Below, one piece after another: positions 53,637 through 64,000 of a stretch of 64,000 nucleotides of DNA; the stretch's first letter is position 1; the number at the start of each line of letters is the position of its first letter. The position numbers and the translations under genes are program-made. The notes under the pieces are model-generated. The model searched no databases, was not told where the DNA came from, and saw only the letters and a list, made by a program, of their open reading frames with translations. Source of the DNA: Amoebophrya sp. A120 (taxonomy: Eukaryota > Protista > Dinoflagellata); the NCBI GenBank assembly GCA_905178155.1, contig CAJINV010000001.1, forward strand, positions 5,770,750-5,834,749. The letters are read 5' to 3'.

Positions 53637-55460
53637 ATGGTTCACTTTTTTGCGCATGCAGCGGTCCTGCTTTGGAGAAGTTTGGTTCTGCTGGGCGGAT
53701 ATCCCGCCGCGGCCGAAGAGGAAGCAGTAACCGCGGAACAGAACGACCTGAAAAACCCCACGGTCGTGTACGACTTGTTGCGTGCAACCTCCAAGAGCGG
53801 CGCACCGGATTTATCGGAAATTTGCGCGTTCGGGCTTGGTCGGTACCACCTGGAGCTGCTCCAGTACTGGCTCAGGGAAGACGGCGCGCGCTTGGCGCAT
53901 CTGTTCGACGTGAAGGACATCGAGCCTCTTCTAGCCTTGAAAGAGGAATTTGCCGACCGCGCGCTGTTCGGCGCGGACTACGAGAAATGGGAAACGACCG
54001 GCCGGAAGGTCTCCTGCTCGACCGTGTTGTTCTCGGTCGAGGGGCCGAAATTCACGCTGGAGCGCGTGATGGAAAACATCCGGCGGGACAAGGCGTCCTT
54101 CGTGTTTCTCAGCTACGACTGCATGACGCAAACGCCGGACGACGAGAAATCTGACGGTGCGGTCACGATGAGCGGGCAGTGCGCGTTCTTGAACACGTTC
54201 TGGGTGAAGACGAAGCTGATGTGGCACGGGCGGTGTTCGCACGACATGTGTGTTGCGGCAAACATACCGGTGGAGGATATTGAGGAGCCGAATGTGGTGG
54301 AGCAGGAGTGCAGTCTGTTTGAAAAGCCGCCCAGCCTCGGAACGGCGGAGGAGTTTTCGACGAAAATGCTGTCCGAATACGCCCAGGATTGGTTTCTCCA
54401 ATACAACTTCTTTCGCGAGAAAGCCTCCCATTACCCCACTCTGCAAAAAGCGTCGTCCTCCAAGCGGCGCCAGCTTGCAGTGAAGCTAGCGGAGGAGGGC
54501 GGGTCCTCGTCTTCGGCGCAGGGGGAAATCGGTGACTGGTCGTCGATGCACGAACTGTTGCAAGACGAGCAAGGTGGTGCGACGGCTGGTGCTGAGGTTA
54601 TGACTAGTAGCAGCATGGAAGTTGTACTAGATGAAGCGACTGCTAATGTCAAGAACCATCAAAAAACATACGTCGACCTGGGTGGGTGTCTTCCCTTCGA
54701 CTACAGCAACACGGTGTTTTTCGATCGCTGCCAGGCGGAACGCTGGAGTCGGGGGCTGTGCGTGGAGCCCAACCCGACGCTGACGCCGTTCCTCGAAGCC
54801 TACCGGCGGTGCAAGGTGGTACCCTACTGCGTCGCCGACCGCGACAAGCCCCGGAACGTGTTTCGGTACCGCGACGGGGCCAGTGCCTTCGCCGCCCGCT
54901 GCACCACGCTCGCGAATTTGCTTCTTTCCGCGGACCTGCACGACGTGGACTTTCTCTCGGTGGACATCGAGGGGCAGGAAAAAAAAGTGTTCCAGGACTT
55001 CCCGTTCCACGCCTTCAACGTGAAGTTTGTCGTGGTTGAAGTCGGGACGGGCGTCAACTGGCTCGAACTAGACACCGCGTTTCTGCGCGGCGGCTACATC
55101 AAGATCGGCATTCTCGGTCGCGACTGCGTGTACGCGAAGCGGTCGGCGCTGAAGGAGCTGAAGGGTCACCTTCCCGGCTTCGAGATGCTGAACCGCCTGC
55201 CCGCGGACGCGCGCTACGGACTGCCGGAAAATTGGGAGGAGTTTCACGGGCAGGTGATCCGCGATGAAACGCGGGCGGAGGAGTACGCGCAAGCGCGCAT
55301 CCGACGGGAGGTGGTGCTGAAGCGCCAGGGCTTTTCCGAACAGGAAGCCTTTGTCGAAGCGAAAAGAATGGTGGATCTGGTTTGGGCGGAGAAGCGACAG
55401 CTGCCTGGCGGATACCTGCCCGACGAAAAGCCAAACCTCCCCGTGCACGAGTTGGACTGA
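53637..55460 (+). CDS. Secreted/lumenal FkbM-family (Methyltransf_21) methyltransferase
   Basis: Signal peptide; TYVDLGG...SNTVFFD, GLCVEPNP, DVDFLSVDIEGQE, VVVE. Confidence 0.85.
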   Translation: MVHFFAHAAVLLWRSLVLLGGYPAAAEEEAVTAEQNDLKNPTVVYDLLRATSKSGAPDLSEICAFGLGRYHLELLQYWLREDGARLAHLFDVKDIEPLLALKEEFADRALFGADYEKWETTGRKVSCSTVLFSVEGPKFTLERVMENIRRDKASFVFLSYDCMTQTPDDEKSDGAVTMSGQCAFLNTFWVKTKLMWHGRCSHDMCVAANIPVEDIEEPNVVEQECSLFEKPPSLGTAEEFSTKMLSEYAQDWFLQYNFFREKASHYPTLQKASSSKRRQLAVKLAEEGGSSSSAQGEIGDWSSMHELLQDEQGGATAGAEVMTSSSMEVVLDEATANVKNHQKTYVDLGGCLPFDYSNTVFFDRCQAERWSRGLCVEPNPTLTPFLEAYRRCKVVPYCVADRDKPRNVFRYRDGASAFAARCTTLANLLLSADLHDVDFLSVDIEGQEKKVFQDFPFHAFNVKFVVVEVGTGVNWLELDTAFLRGGYIKIGILGRDCVYAKRSALKELKGHLPGFEMLNRLPADARYGLPENWEEFHGQVIRDETRAEEYAQARIRREVVLKRQGFSEQEAFVEAKRMVDLVWAEKRQLPGGYLPDEKPNLPVHELD

Positions 55461-56009
55461 TAGAGTTGAATGTAGCAGGAACTAAAATCGCTGGCAGCGG
55501 TGTTAGAATCGCGAGAAACGCACAGACCGCGTTTCCTGATCATCTGGGTGTTCGATCGTGTTGTACCGATCCGCACTGCAGCTCGGGCTGTGTCCGGCTG
55601 CAGATGAAAAAGTGTTTCTTGACGCTGGCTGGATCGCTGCGTGTCAAAGAAAGAAGGAGAAGGTCTGTGGGAAGATCATAAGGAAAGGAACAAATTGCAG
55701 ATAGAAGATCTTCGAGTATCATCTATCCGAAATCGTTATTATCGCAGTCGTGATTCTTGTACGGATCAGAAGGACCAAATACAAGGATGGACATGCAGTG
55801 CGGATTTTTCAGCTTGTATCAAGTCTCAATTACACGAAGTCTTCATTCGTTTTCGTCCTTGAAGCAGGCAACATAGATACATTCCTCCATTCTGAACCTT
55901 GCTTTCGACACTGTACCTCTACGCACCTCACTATCTACTTCTACCACGTAACTTGACGTATGAACCGTTGAAAATTTTCTCCTTACGACGTTTCCTCTCT
56001 TGCAAAAGC

Positions 56010-56495
56010 ATGTCTGCGTACCCGCAGGTGCAGTACGTGACGGCGAGCGAGCTGCGGCTGATGCTGAATCAGAAGCAGAACAAGTTTCCGGGATTTGAGG
56101 ACATTGAGATTATTGACGTGCGCGATGACGACCGGGCGGAGGGCGGTCACATTCCGGGCTCCCGGTGGGTGCCTAGCCGACAATTTCGGCAACGGCTGCC
56201 AGAGCTCGTCGAACAATACAAGACCGTGAACAAGACGCTGGTTTTCCACTGCATGTTCTCGCAATCCCGGGGGCCCAGCTGTGCGCGGCTCTTTGCGGAG
56301 GCGGCGGGCAAGCAAGAAGACGTCGCAACGGTTTGTAAGGTCCGCATACTCCGGGGCGGGTTTATCGGCTGGGAGACCGAGTGTCCAGACTACATAGAAC
56401 AAAAGAACGAAACGGAAGGACCAAGGAAATTCTTCGTTTTTGAGGACGACGAAAGAAATATTGAAAAGGCCGACACGGCCGAGGGAAACGGATGA
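56010..56495 (+). CDS. Cdc25-like/Acr2 rhodanese-fold phosphatase or arsenate reductase
   Basis: IIDVRDDD..GGHIPGS, LVFHCMFSQSRGPSCA (HCX5R), ILRGGFIGW. Confidence 0.92.
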   Translation: MSAYPQVQYVTASELRLMLNQKQNKFPGFEDIEIIDVRDDDRAEGGHIPGSRWVPSRQFRQRLPELVEQYKTVNKTLVFHCMFSQSRGPSCARLFAEAAGKQEDVATVCKVRILRGGFIGWETECPDYIEQKNETEGPRKFFVFEDDERNIEKADTAEGNG

Positions 56496-57143
56496 AGAAA
56501 AAGCCGCTTTGTGAATATGTGACACTGTATTTCGGACGTGAGAAGCAAGACTGGTTTGACTATACGACGACGCATGAGTGCCCAAGGGCGCGGTTACGAA
56601 CGGAAAGCAATGTTGTATGTGGACGGTACTTGTCCTGCTCGATAATCGTCTTTGTGTTCTATCGGAAATATCAATGTTGCTCTTCTTTCTGTTGCCGTTG
56701 GGTATGAATTAGTACGCCAATTTCGCAAAGCTAAAGTCATTTCGTCGTCTGCGAGAAGTTCGTGAGCTGGTTGTTCGCGACTCTAGTTGGAATTCGAGTG
56801 AAGGAGTATCCTTGTTTGTGGAAAGAAGTCAGTCCCGGTTAATCTTTCGTCATCAAGCTCTACTACTGGTGGCTTGGAGTCGTGCTGCTCGTACTATCGT
56901 CGCATGCTCTAATTAAACCCGGTTAAAAGTCGTGATTTCACCTGCGCAAATTGATTAGTTCACGGAGAGGCGACGACGTACAAAGTTACTTAGTTGTAGT
57001 TGGTTTGACGTCTACTTCTGTTCGCTTGCATCACCGCTTCTTATGCATCGAGAAAGTACAATGGCGTTGGCACAGGACGGCACGTGAGGAAGATCTTCAT
57101 CTGAAATAACGAAGGAAACCTTCTACCGCGAAGGAAAAGGCGA

Positions 57144-60100
57144 ATGATGCGTGCAGTTGTGAAAATTCGCCGCAGGGGTATCTGCCTTGTGGCGCTGTTG
57201 CTGGATTCAGCAGCGCAGGCGCTTTTCGGGCAGGAACAGCAGGAAGAGATCGAAATCCCCTTTGACGCCTATACCGAAGAAAGTGATGCGGCACAGGCGG
57301 AAAAAGCCGCTGCCGCTGCGCCGCGGTCGTTTCGGCGGCGACGCGAGGAGAGGGATAAAGACAAGAACAAACCTGCTCCCGCACGTGTGGTACCACGTTC
57401 CCCGGTCATCTCTGCACCTCCGGCCAGCGCGGATGATAGCAGCAGTGCCGTTCTTGACGATGAAAATATTCAGCCGAGTGCATTCCTGGAAAATAAATCC
57501 GCGGGGAGTAAACTAGACTCGCGGGTGGGCCACCTTCCTCCTTCCGGCGCAGAGCCCCAGTTTCACTTCGCGGGAAAGGACTTTTCGGCACACGCTGACC
57601 CACGGTACCTGGACGATCCCCGCACACTGCAGGGGGACAACCTGGAAGAGTACGTGTCCGTGCTTCGCGCCCGGCCGCTCGGGGAGGCGCTCGCGCAGGC
57701 GTTGGCCGCGGCGGCCGCGGCGCCCGATACCCACGTGCTGCCGGCCGTCTGCGAGGCGGCGGTCCTCCTGAATGGGAACGCGCTGGAGGAGGTGTCCAAG
57801 TACTTCGGAAAACTGGAGGCCACCGCGCACTACGGGGCGCCCTCGACGAACGCGCTGATCACGTTGACGAAACATGCTGTGGAAAAGGGTACGGCTGCGG
57901 TGTACAGCGAGTACGGATTTCGCATCACGCCGGAAACGCTGACCTTCACCGCGGTGCGGACCAGCCCGCTGATGCTTAAGTTCGCGCCGAACAGCATGCA
58001 AAACGATCCGGACTTTGTGGATTGGGTAGTGCGCCTGAACGGCCACGCATTGGAGTTTGCCTCGGAAGAAGTGAAGAAGAACCGCGACGTGATCACGTCC
58101 GCCATTCTCACTAACGCCACCAGGTACTTGCTTGTTCTATAGCAACTACGATAACATTATCGTACTCGTGAATGATGGTGCAAAAATGACTATCGCAAGC
58201 TTTTGGAGACGAAAGGGCGATGAATCAGTTGCGATTTGTTCCCAGAAAAGTTAATGTGCGAGGAAAGCAACTTCGTTTGTTGTTGTTCTGTATAAGTGAG
58301 TCCTCAAGATGAAAACATGTTTTCTAATCCCATTTTACAGTTTGCAGTTTGCGGACACCTTGATGCGAGAGGACCGGCACCTGTGTGACCTCGCGATCCG
58401 GACCAACGGTACCGCGATCCAGCACTGCGCCCCGCACTTTCGAGGCGACGTCGAGTTCGCGTTGCAAGCCATCGGCCACGACATGCGCGCGCCCGCAGTA
58501 GTGTATGAGGACACGGGCAAACAAGACTGGGAACCGTTTCTGAAGCACGACACCGACGCGACCGAGCACGGGCGGCTCACGCAGCAAATGAAGGCGCTGC
58601 GCGACCTCGCCAGCAGCGAGGAGGCCACCGCGGAGACGTGCGCGCTGTACCACCTGGACGCGGAGCTCCGCTGCGATCACGACCTAGTCTACATGGCGGT
58701 TGCCAACCGGGGGCGGTGCCTGGTCGCCGCGTGCGACGAGGCCAAGATGGATCCGTTCATCGTGGAGACGGCGCTCTTTAACACCTGGCGCGCTGCTGCC
58801 TACGTGAAGCCGGAGTTCTGGGCCTCGCCGGAGGGACTCAGCACCTTGCGGTTCTTCTTCGTCGTGTCGCAGGGGGGTATTTACCCGTATCTTCCGGATG
58901 CTTTGAAGCAGCACCCGACCTTCCAGCGCGTGGCGGTAGGCGCGGAGCCGATCGTGGCCTACCCGATCCTTCCCAGTGCGAGTAGCCGGGTACAGTACGC
59001 TGAGCTGGCGATCGTTCGGAGCAACGGGTACGCTCTGAAATTCATGGACACGCCGGAATTTTCGGAGAAGTACGCGGAACTCGTGCGGTTGGCGCTCGGC
59101 GTGAACGGCTTGGCGCTGCAGTTTGTGGATCGGCAGCGGCTGCCGGCCGACGAACAGAAGTATGTCTGCTACGACGCCGTGCTGCAGACGCCGCTGGCGT
59201 GGCAGTACTGCAGCGACGCGGAGCGGCGCCCCGTGGCAACGCCGTCGTTCCTTCGGCAGCTGCTGCTACGCGACGGACGCATGCTGGAGCACCTGCCCGA
59301 CACCGTGCGCCAGGACCCGGAGATGGTTAGCCTCGCGGTGCGGGACCCAAAGAGGGCGCACATGATGCAGTTCGCGAGCGCCGCGCTGCGCAACGACGTC
59401 TTGTTCCTGCGCCAGCTCGCGCTGCGGCATCGCCACATCAAGTGGATGCCCTACGTTTTCGAGAAGCCTCGCGCGGACATCGTGTTGGCGGAGATGGGAG
59501 TCACTTTCATGGACGGCGCCACAGTCTTCAAGTGGATGGCGGTTTCACTCTGCGCGGACAAGGAGCTGGCGTACCAGGCCGTTGTCGTGAACGAGGACGT
59601 TCCCAAGGCCGGCTTCACGAACTCGACCGACGTGAGTACCGGCATGAAGCTGACGAAGCGCGCGCAGGACCTTGCGTACAGGTACTTTCCCTTGCAGTTG
59701 CAACACGACCTGTGGCGGGAGGCGCTCTACGTCGCTAATCCGCTCGGCGTCACGGGCTTACTGTCCGCGGCGGCACTGCCACCCCTGAGTCGGCGGCTGA
59801 CACCGGAGGCGGCGGACTTCCTTGCGCTCGGCGGGCAGTACCACTACGTGCCGCGCCCCGTGCAAACGCGGCGCCGGACGGAGGACGCCTTGCTGGCGAT
59901 GGGGAACCGCGGGGAGACCATCATCTGGCAAACGCTAGAGCCGACCCTGGTCGACAAGAGTCTGGTCGTGTTTGCGGTCGCGCAGATGAGCAACAACCAC
60001 GGCACCGTGCTCAATGCCCTCGAGCCACACTTGCGGAACGACAAGGAGATTCGCGAAATGGCCGTGACCGCGGAGCGCGACGACGCCTGCCTGTGGCAGG

Positions 60101-63100
60101 GTTGGCAGATGGCTCTGACCCATCTGGATCCGGTTTATCGCGACGACAAGGGCCTGGTGTACGAGGCCCTGGGCGGTCACTCGTGCGCCAAGATCCGGGA
60201 GGAGGTGCACAAGGACCAGGTCCGCAATACGGCCAGTGCCGCGGCCGCACAGCTGGCGATCGAGGAGGGTTACACCACGGGCGCCGCCGCCTACAAAAAC
60301 AGCGGCGGGGACGCGGTGGCCACCAGCCGCGCCTACCAGCCGGTGCTCCATGACCGGATGTTCGACAAGGCGGATCTGATGCTGCAGGTGGCGGTCGGGC
60401 CGGTGCTGAAAAACGACTGGCACGTGGTGCAGCGCGTCGTGCGAAAGCGCGGCCTGCGGGAGCTGCGCGCGGCGTCGCCGGCGATTCGAAAGCAGGTCTA
60501 TCAAAACCTGATCGACAGCGTGTGGATGGGGCAGATGGACGTCAACGTGATTCGGTTGTTCCACCTGATCGAGGAAGCCGACGCGAGGCCTTTGGCGGAG
60601 CGGAAACAGGCGTTTTTCACGGACCTGCAGGAGCACAAGTGCTGGGACACCCTGTCCTACGCAGCGGTGATGCTGGAGGAGTCTTCAGAGGGGAACGACG
60701 AGGACTCCTCGTTCAAGCTGACCACGACGCACGTGAACGACGCGATGAAGGACCACAAAAACGTGATGGAGTACAAGTACCTTAGCGAGGAACTGCGCAA
60801 GGACGCCGTCCTGCTTTCCAAAATGACGACCGCCTCGAAGACGGACGGCGACGTGGCGGCCTGGCTGCCCTACGCGCCTGAGTCGGTGCGCTCGCATGCG
60901 GGCACAATGCGCGTCATTCTTCGACGAAACGGGCGGGCGCTCCGGTTCGCGGCGGCGAATGTAAAACGGGACCCGGCGTTGGTCGCTATCGCCGTGGAGA
61001 ACGACCCTTCCGCCGTCGTGTTCGCGTCGCGCGACCTGGCCTTGAAGAAGGCGGCGGAAGCCGTGGCCGCGAAAACAGCGAAGCCGGCGGTTGGAAAGAT
61101 GTTCTATTTGCACTCTCCGTTGTACGGCCAGGCGCCAGCGCCCTTGGACGCGGTGGTGAAGGCGTGCGGTGTGGATCCCGCGGACGTGTTTCAGTACATG
61201 GACCCGACGGGGACCGAGAAGTCGCTTTTGCAGGCCGAAGTGGTGGAGGCCGCGCTGGGGAGTGACGTGTCCATCTTTGGTATTCTCCCGGTCGAGGACC
61301 GTTCCAAGCTGAATTTGCTGCAGCTCGTCCTCGAGAAGCATGTCCAGGGCGACATGACCAAGGCGGTGGAGCTTGTGCGGCACGCTGCACTGCCGGACGA
61401 AGAGCTCGAGACTCTGGTGCGACTGGTGCTGTCGACACAAGAAAAGGCGCTGCAGGAGAAGGCGGATGTCGATCAGCTCGCGCCGGTCCCGGCCGAGCAG
61501 TCGGTGCTTGGGGCCCTCCCGTTTCTAATCGCGCGCAACAACGAGGAAGTGGTCCGTCTTGCGTTTTCCGAGTACCCGCGGTCCACCGTCCTACACGTGC
61601 ACCAGCTGCCTTTACGGCTGCGCCGCAGCAAGGAACTCGCGCGGTACGTGCTCGTCTCCGCGGCCCAGATCGACTGGGGCGCGACGTCGCTGCTAAGCCG
61701 GTTTGCGACCGCGGTCCGCGAAGATCGCGGGATCGTGGAGGTTGCGTTGAAAGAATCGTCGCTCGGACAGCGCCTGCAAACCATGCAGTTTGCCGGAGCG
61801 GCGCTTCGTAATGAGATCGACCTGCACGAGATGGCGATGGCAGAGGAGATGGGTTTGTTCCCCAGCGTGATGGACCCTCCGTCCATTCGCGCAAACCGCA
61901 ACTTGGTGATGAAGGCGCTGCAGCCGGACAAGGCGGGAGCCATTTCCGTGTTCCGGTTTCCTTATCTGCCGGAGGAACTGCGCAGCGATCCGGCGGTCGT
62001 GACGAAGGTGCTGCGCCACCAGAACGTTGTGGGATGGGAGGCCTCGCCGTCGGTCATCTACGGCTTCATTTCGGAGCACCTTCGGAATTCCGACGAGAGC
62101 CTTTTGCGGGAGGCCACCACGGCCTGGGAGCACGCCCGGACCTTCCTGAACAGCTTGCGGACAAATGCCGCGATGAAGCACATCCCGGACTTTTCGTGGA
62201 AAGCCAACCGGCTGCTCCGGGCGCAGTCCCCGCTGCTGTTCGCGTCGGACGTCTTGCTGGTGATGAAGTACGACGAGATTGTGATGCCCGTGTTGCACAC
62301 GCTTGATGAGTCCCCCATGTACGACGCTCGGCGCGAGGCTCACATTCTGCGCCGGGTCCTGCAGGACGCCGCGTTTCACGAGGGGGAGAGCCTGGTGTGG
62401 GAGCGGGCGCGCTTGGCGAAGGATTACAACCAGGTCCCGGTGGAGTACCAGAGCGACCCGCGCGTGATCGCGCACTTCCTGATGAACGGCGAGCGGTGCA
62501 TGCCAGACGTGGCGGCGGTGGGGAACGACTACAAGCTGCTGTCGCAAGACAACCCCTATCTGTTGGAGCTCGCGCGGACCCACATGTTCAGTCCGTACCA
62601 CAAACTCGACCCAACCACGGGCGACTACCCGAAGGCCGACCCGCAGACCCTGTCGCGGCACCTGAAGGCCCTCGGCCCGCTGACTGATCCGGGCGGCGCG
62701 GAGTTCGCCGCCATGTACACCCCGATGGCGCTGCAGCACCTGGACGCGAAGAGCATGTCCAGCGACGACATTCGGTCCGTGTTCGCGGCCGTGCTGTTGC
62801 AGCACCGCGTGCCGGCGGTGATGCAGTTTGCGCCCCCAGAGCTGCGGTCGGACCCGGTTTTCTTTCTGCAGATGGTGCACGCCGGCGTGCCCGGCCGCAC
62901 CAGCCTCCCCTTCGCCACCATTCCCGCCGACCACCCGGAGCCGGAAAGGCTGTACGAGTTGGCGCGAGAAGTGATGAAGCACGACGCGAAAAGTCTCGAC
63001 GCCATCCTGCCGTGGCTGCTGAAACTGGGCGCCGCCGACAAGAAGGCCGGGATGGCGCTGCTGCGCGAGGTGTTCGAGCTGGCCATCCGCGAGAACTGCC

Positions 63101-63981
63101 GCGCCTACATGCTAGCGCCCATGCACTTGAAGAGCGACGTGGACTTTCTGCGCAGCGCGTTGACCAGCTGCGACCCGGACCAGAGCATCGCGGAGAAGAT
63201 CCCGCATGACGTGATTCTGAAGAACCCGGAGATTCTCTCCCTCGCAATGGACACCACGCCGGCGCTGACGCAGTACAACCAGCTCAGCGAGCAGCTGAAG
63301 AACGGGGCGGTTATCATGGAGCGGGCGATCGCGCGGTTCGATCCCGCGGCGCAGCCACCCTTGGCGCCCGCAGCGCAGATCATTTGGGAAAGACGGCTCG
63401 TGACCGACTACGTGCTGGGCACCTACGACAAGCAGGCCGCGCACACCCCGGAAAGCAATCAGAAGGTTCGCAGTCTCCTGCTCGCGGCGGTGCAAAAGCA
63501 GCTGATCTCCTACTGCAGCGTGCCCACGACGTTGCCCTCGGACGGGTTCGTTTTGAAGGACGCCGCGTTTCTGGAGGAGGCAATCAAGGGCGGCGCGTCG
63601 TTCAAAAACTGCTTCCTGTCCAAGGAGGAGATCGGGTCCAACCCTGGTCCCCTGCTCATCCGCATGCTGCGTCGCAGCTCGTACTACGGGGCCGACGTGG
63701 ACGACATTGTGAAGTCCTTCACGAAACACGACCTGCTGCTCCCGCTAATCTTCTTCGAGGAGGAGGAAGCTAGCAGCCTCAACCACGAACACGACGACCA
63801 CGAGGAGGAGGGGGAGCACCGCGCGGCGTACTTTAAAAACATGGACTCATCGGCTTCGTCTTTCCTTTCCAGTGCTAGTGCAGCAAGAACCGCGGCCACT
63901 GATGTCGACGAGAAGCAGCAGTTGGAGGCCCCTGTTGTCGAAGCGGAGAAGCAAGAGGTAAGGAAAATTAAAATCAGATAG
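57144..63981 (+). CDS. Giant (>2200 aa) DUF4116-like repeat protein with N-terminal signal-like sequence; probably continues past an intron at 63958
   Basis: Recurrent ALEFASEEVKKNRDVITSAI / ALRFAAANVKRDPALVAIAV / YLPEELRSDPAVV repeats; GT-AG intron 58124-58340; GTAAGG at 63958 followed by AT-rich sequence. Confidence 0.8.
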
Positions 63982-64000
63982 TTTATTGCAAAATTTGTGT

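Noticed and set aside
61693-62982. Long minus-strand ORFs (also 41406-42467, 33413-34393, 38306-39202, 15961-16758)
   Set aside because: Antisense shadows of GC3-rich + strand genes; no independent protein features.

Overview
Eukaryotic (protist) genomic DNA, not prokaryotic. It holds about 24 protein-coding genes, all on the + strand, with GC3-rich exons and short AT-richer introns. The unidirectional gene order plus abundant inverted-repeat non-canonical introns best fits an Amoebophrya-like (Syndiniales/dinoflagellate-lineage) genome; that assignment is inference. Recognisable genes: GnT-I/MGAT1, a beta-propeller membrane protein, two paralogous triple-repeat membrane proteins, a J-domain protein, type I MetAP, a DRAM/TMEM150-like protein, SERCA (13 exons), a ChaC-MazG fusion, a DOT1-like methyltransferase, a DUF4833-like protein, an ankyrin protein, a GT8 glycosyltransferase, an FkbM methyltransferase, a Cdc25/Acr2 rhodanese and a giant DUF4116-repeat protein. 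The main signal is 12 intact MITE-like elements (149-335 bp, five to six TIR families, 5-bp target duplications) inside coding exons, plus two decayed copies. None can be read as GT-AG or GC-AG in any register, yet removing the element plus one duplication restores the frame, and invariant motifs where these are recognisable. The families share a terminal code (TAT-N5-G-N-AAAA ... TTTT-N-C-N5-ATA) and an internal motif (GCATGACAA/TTGTCATGC). Their TAT end mimics the host's unusual GTAY donor. Also present: a 1.27-kb long-TIR element with 44-bp perfect palindromes, and a split-direct-repeat-like structure at 47.6-50.5 kb. All exon models were derived by eye from protein-motif continuity, without transcript data.
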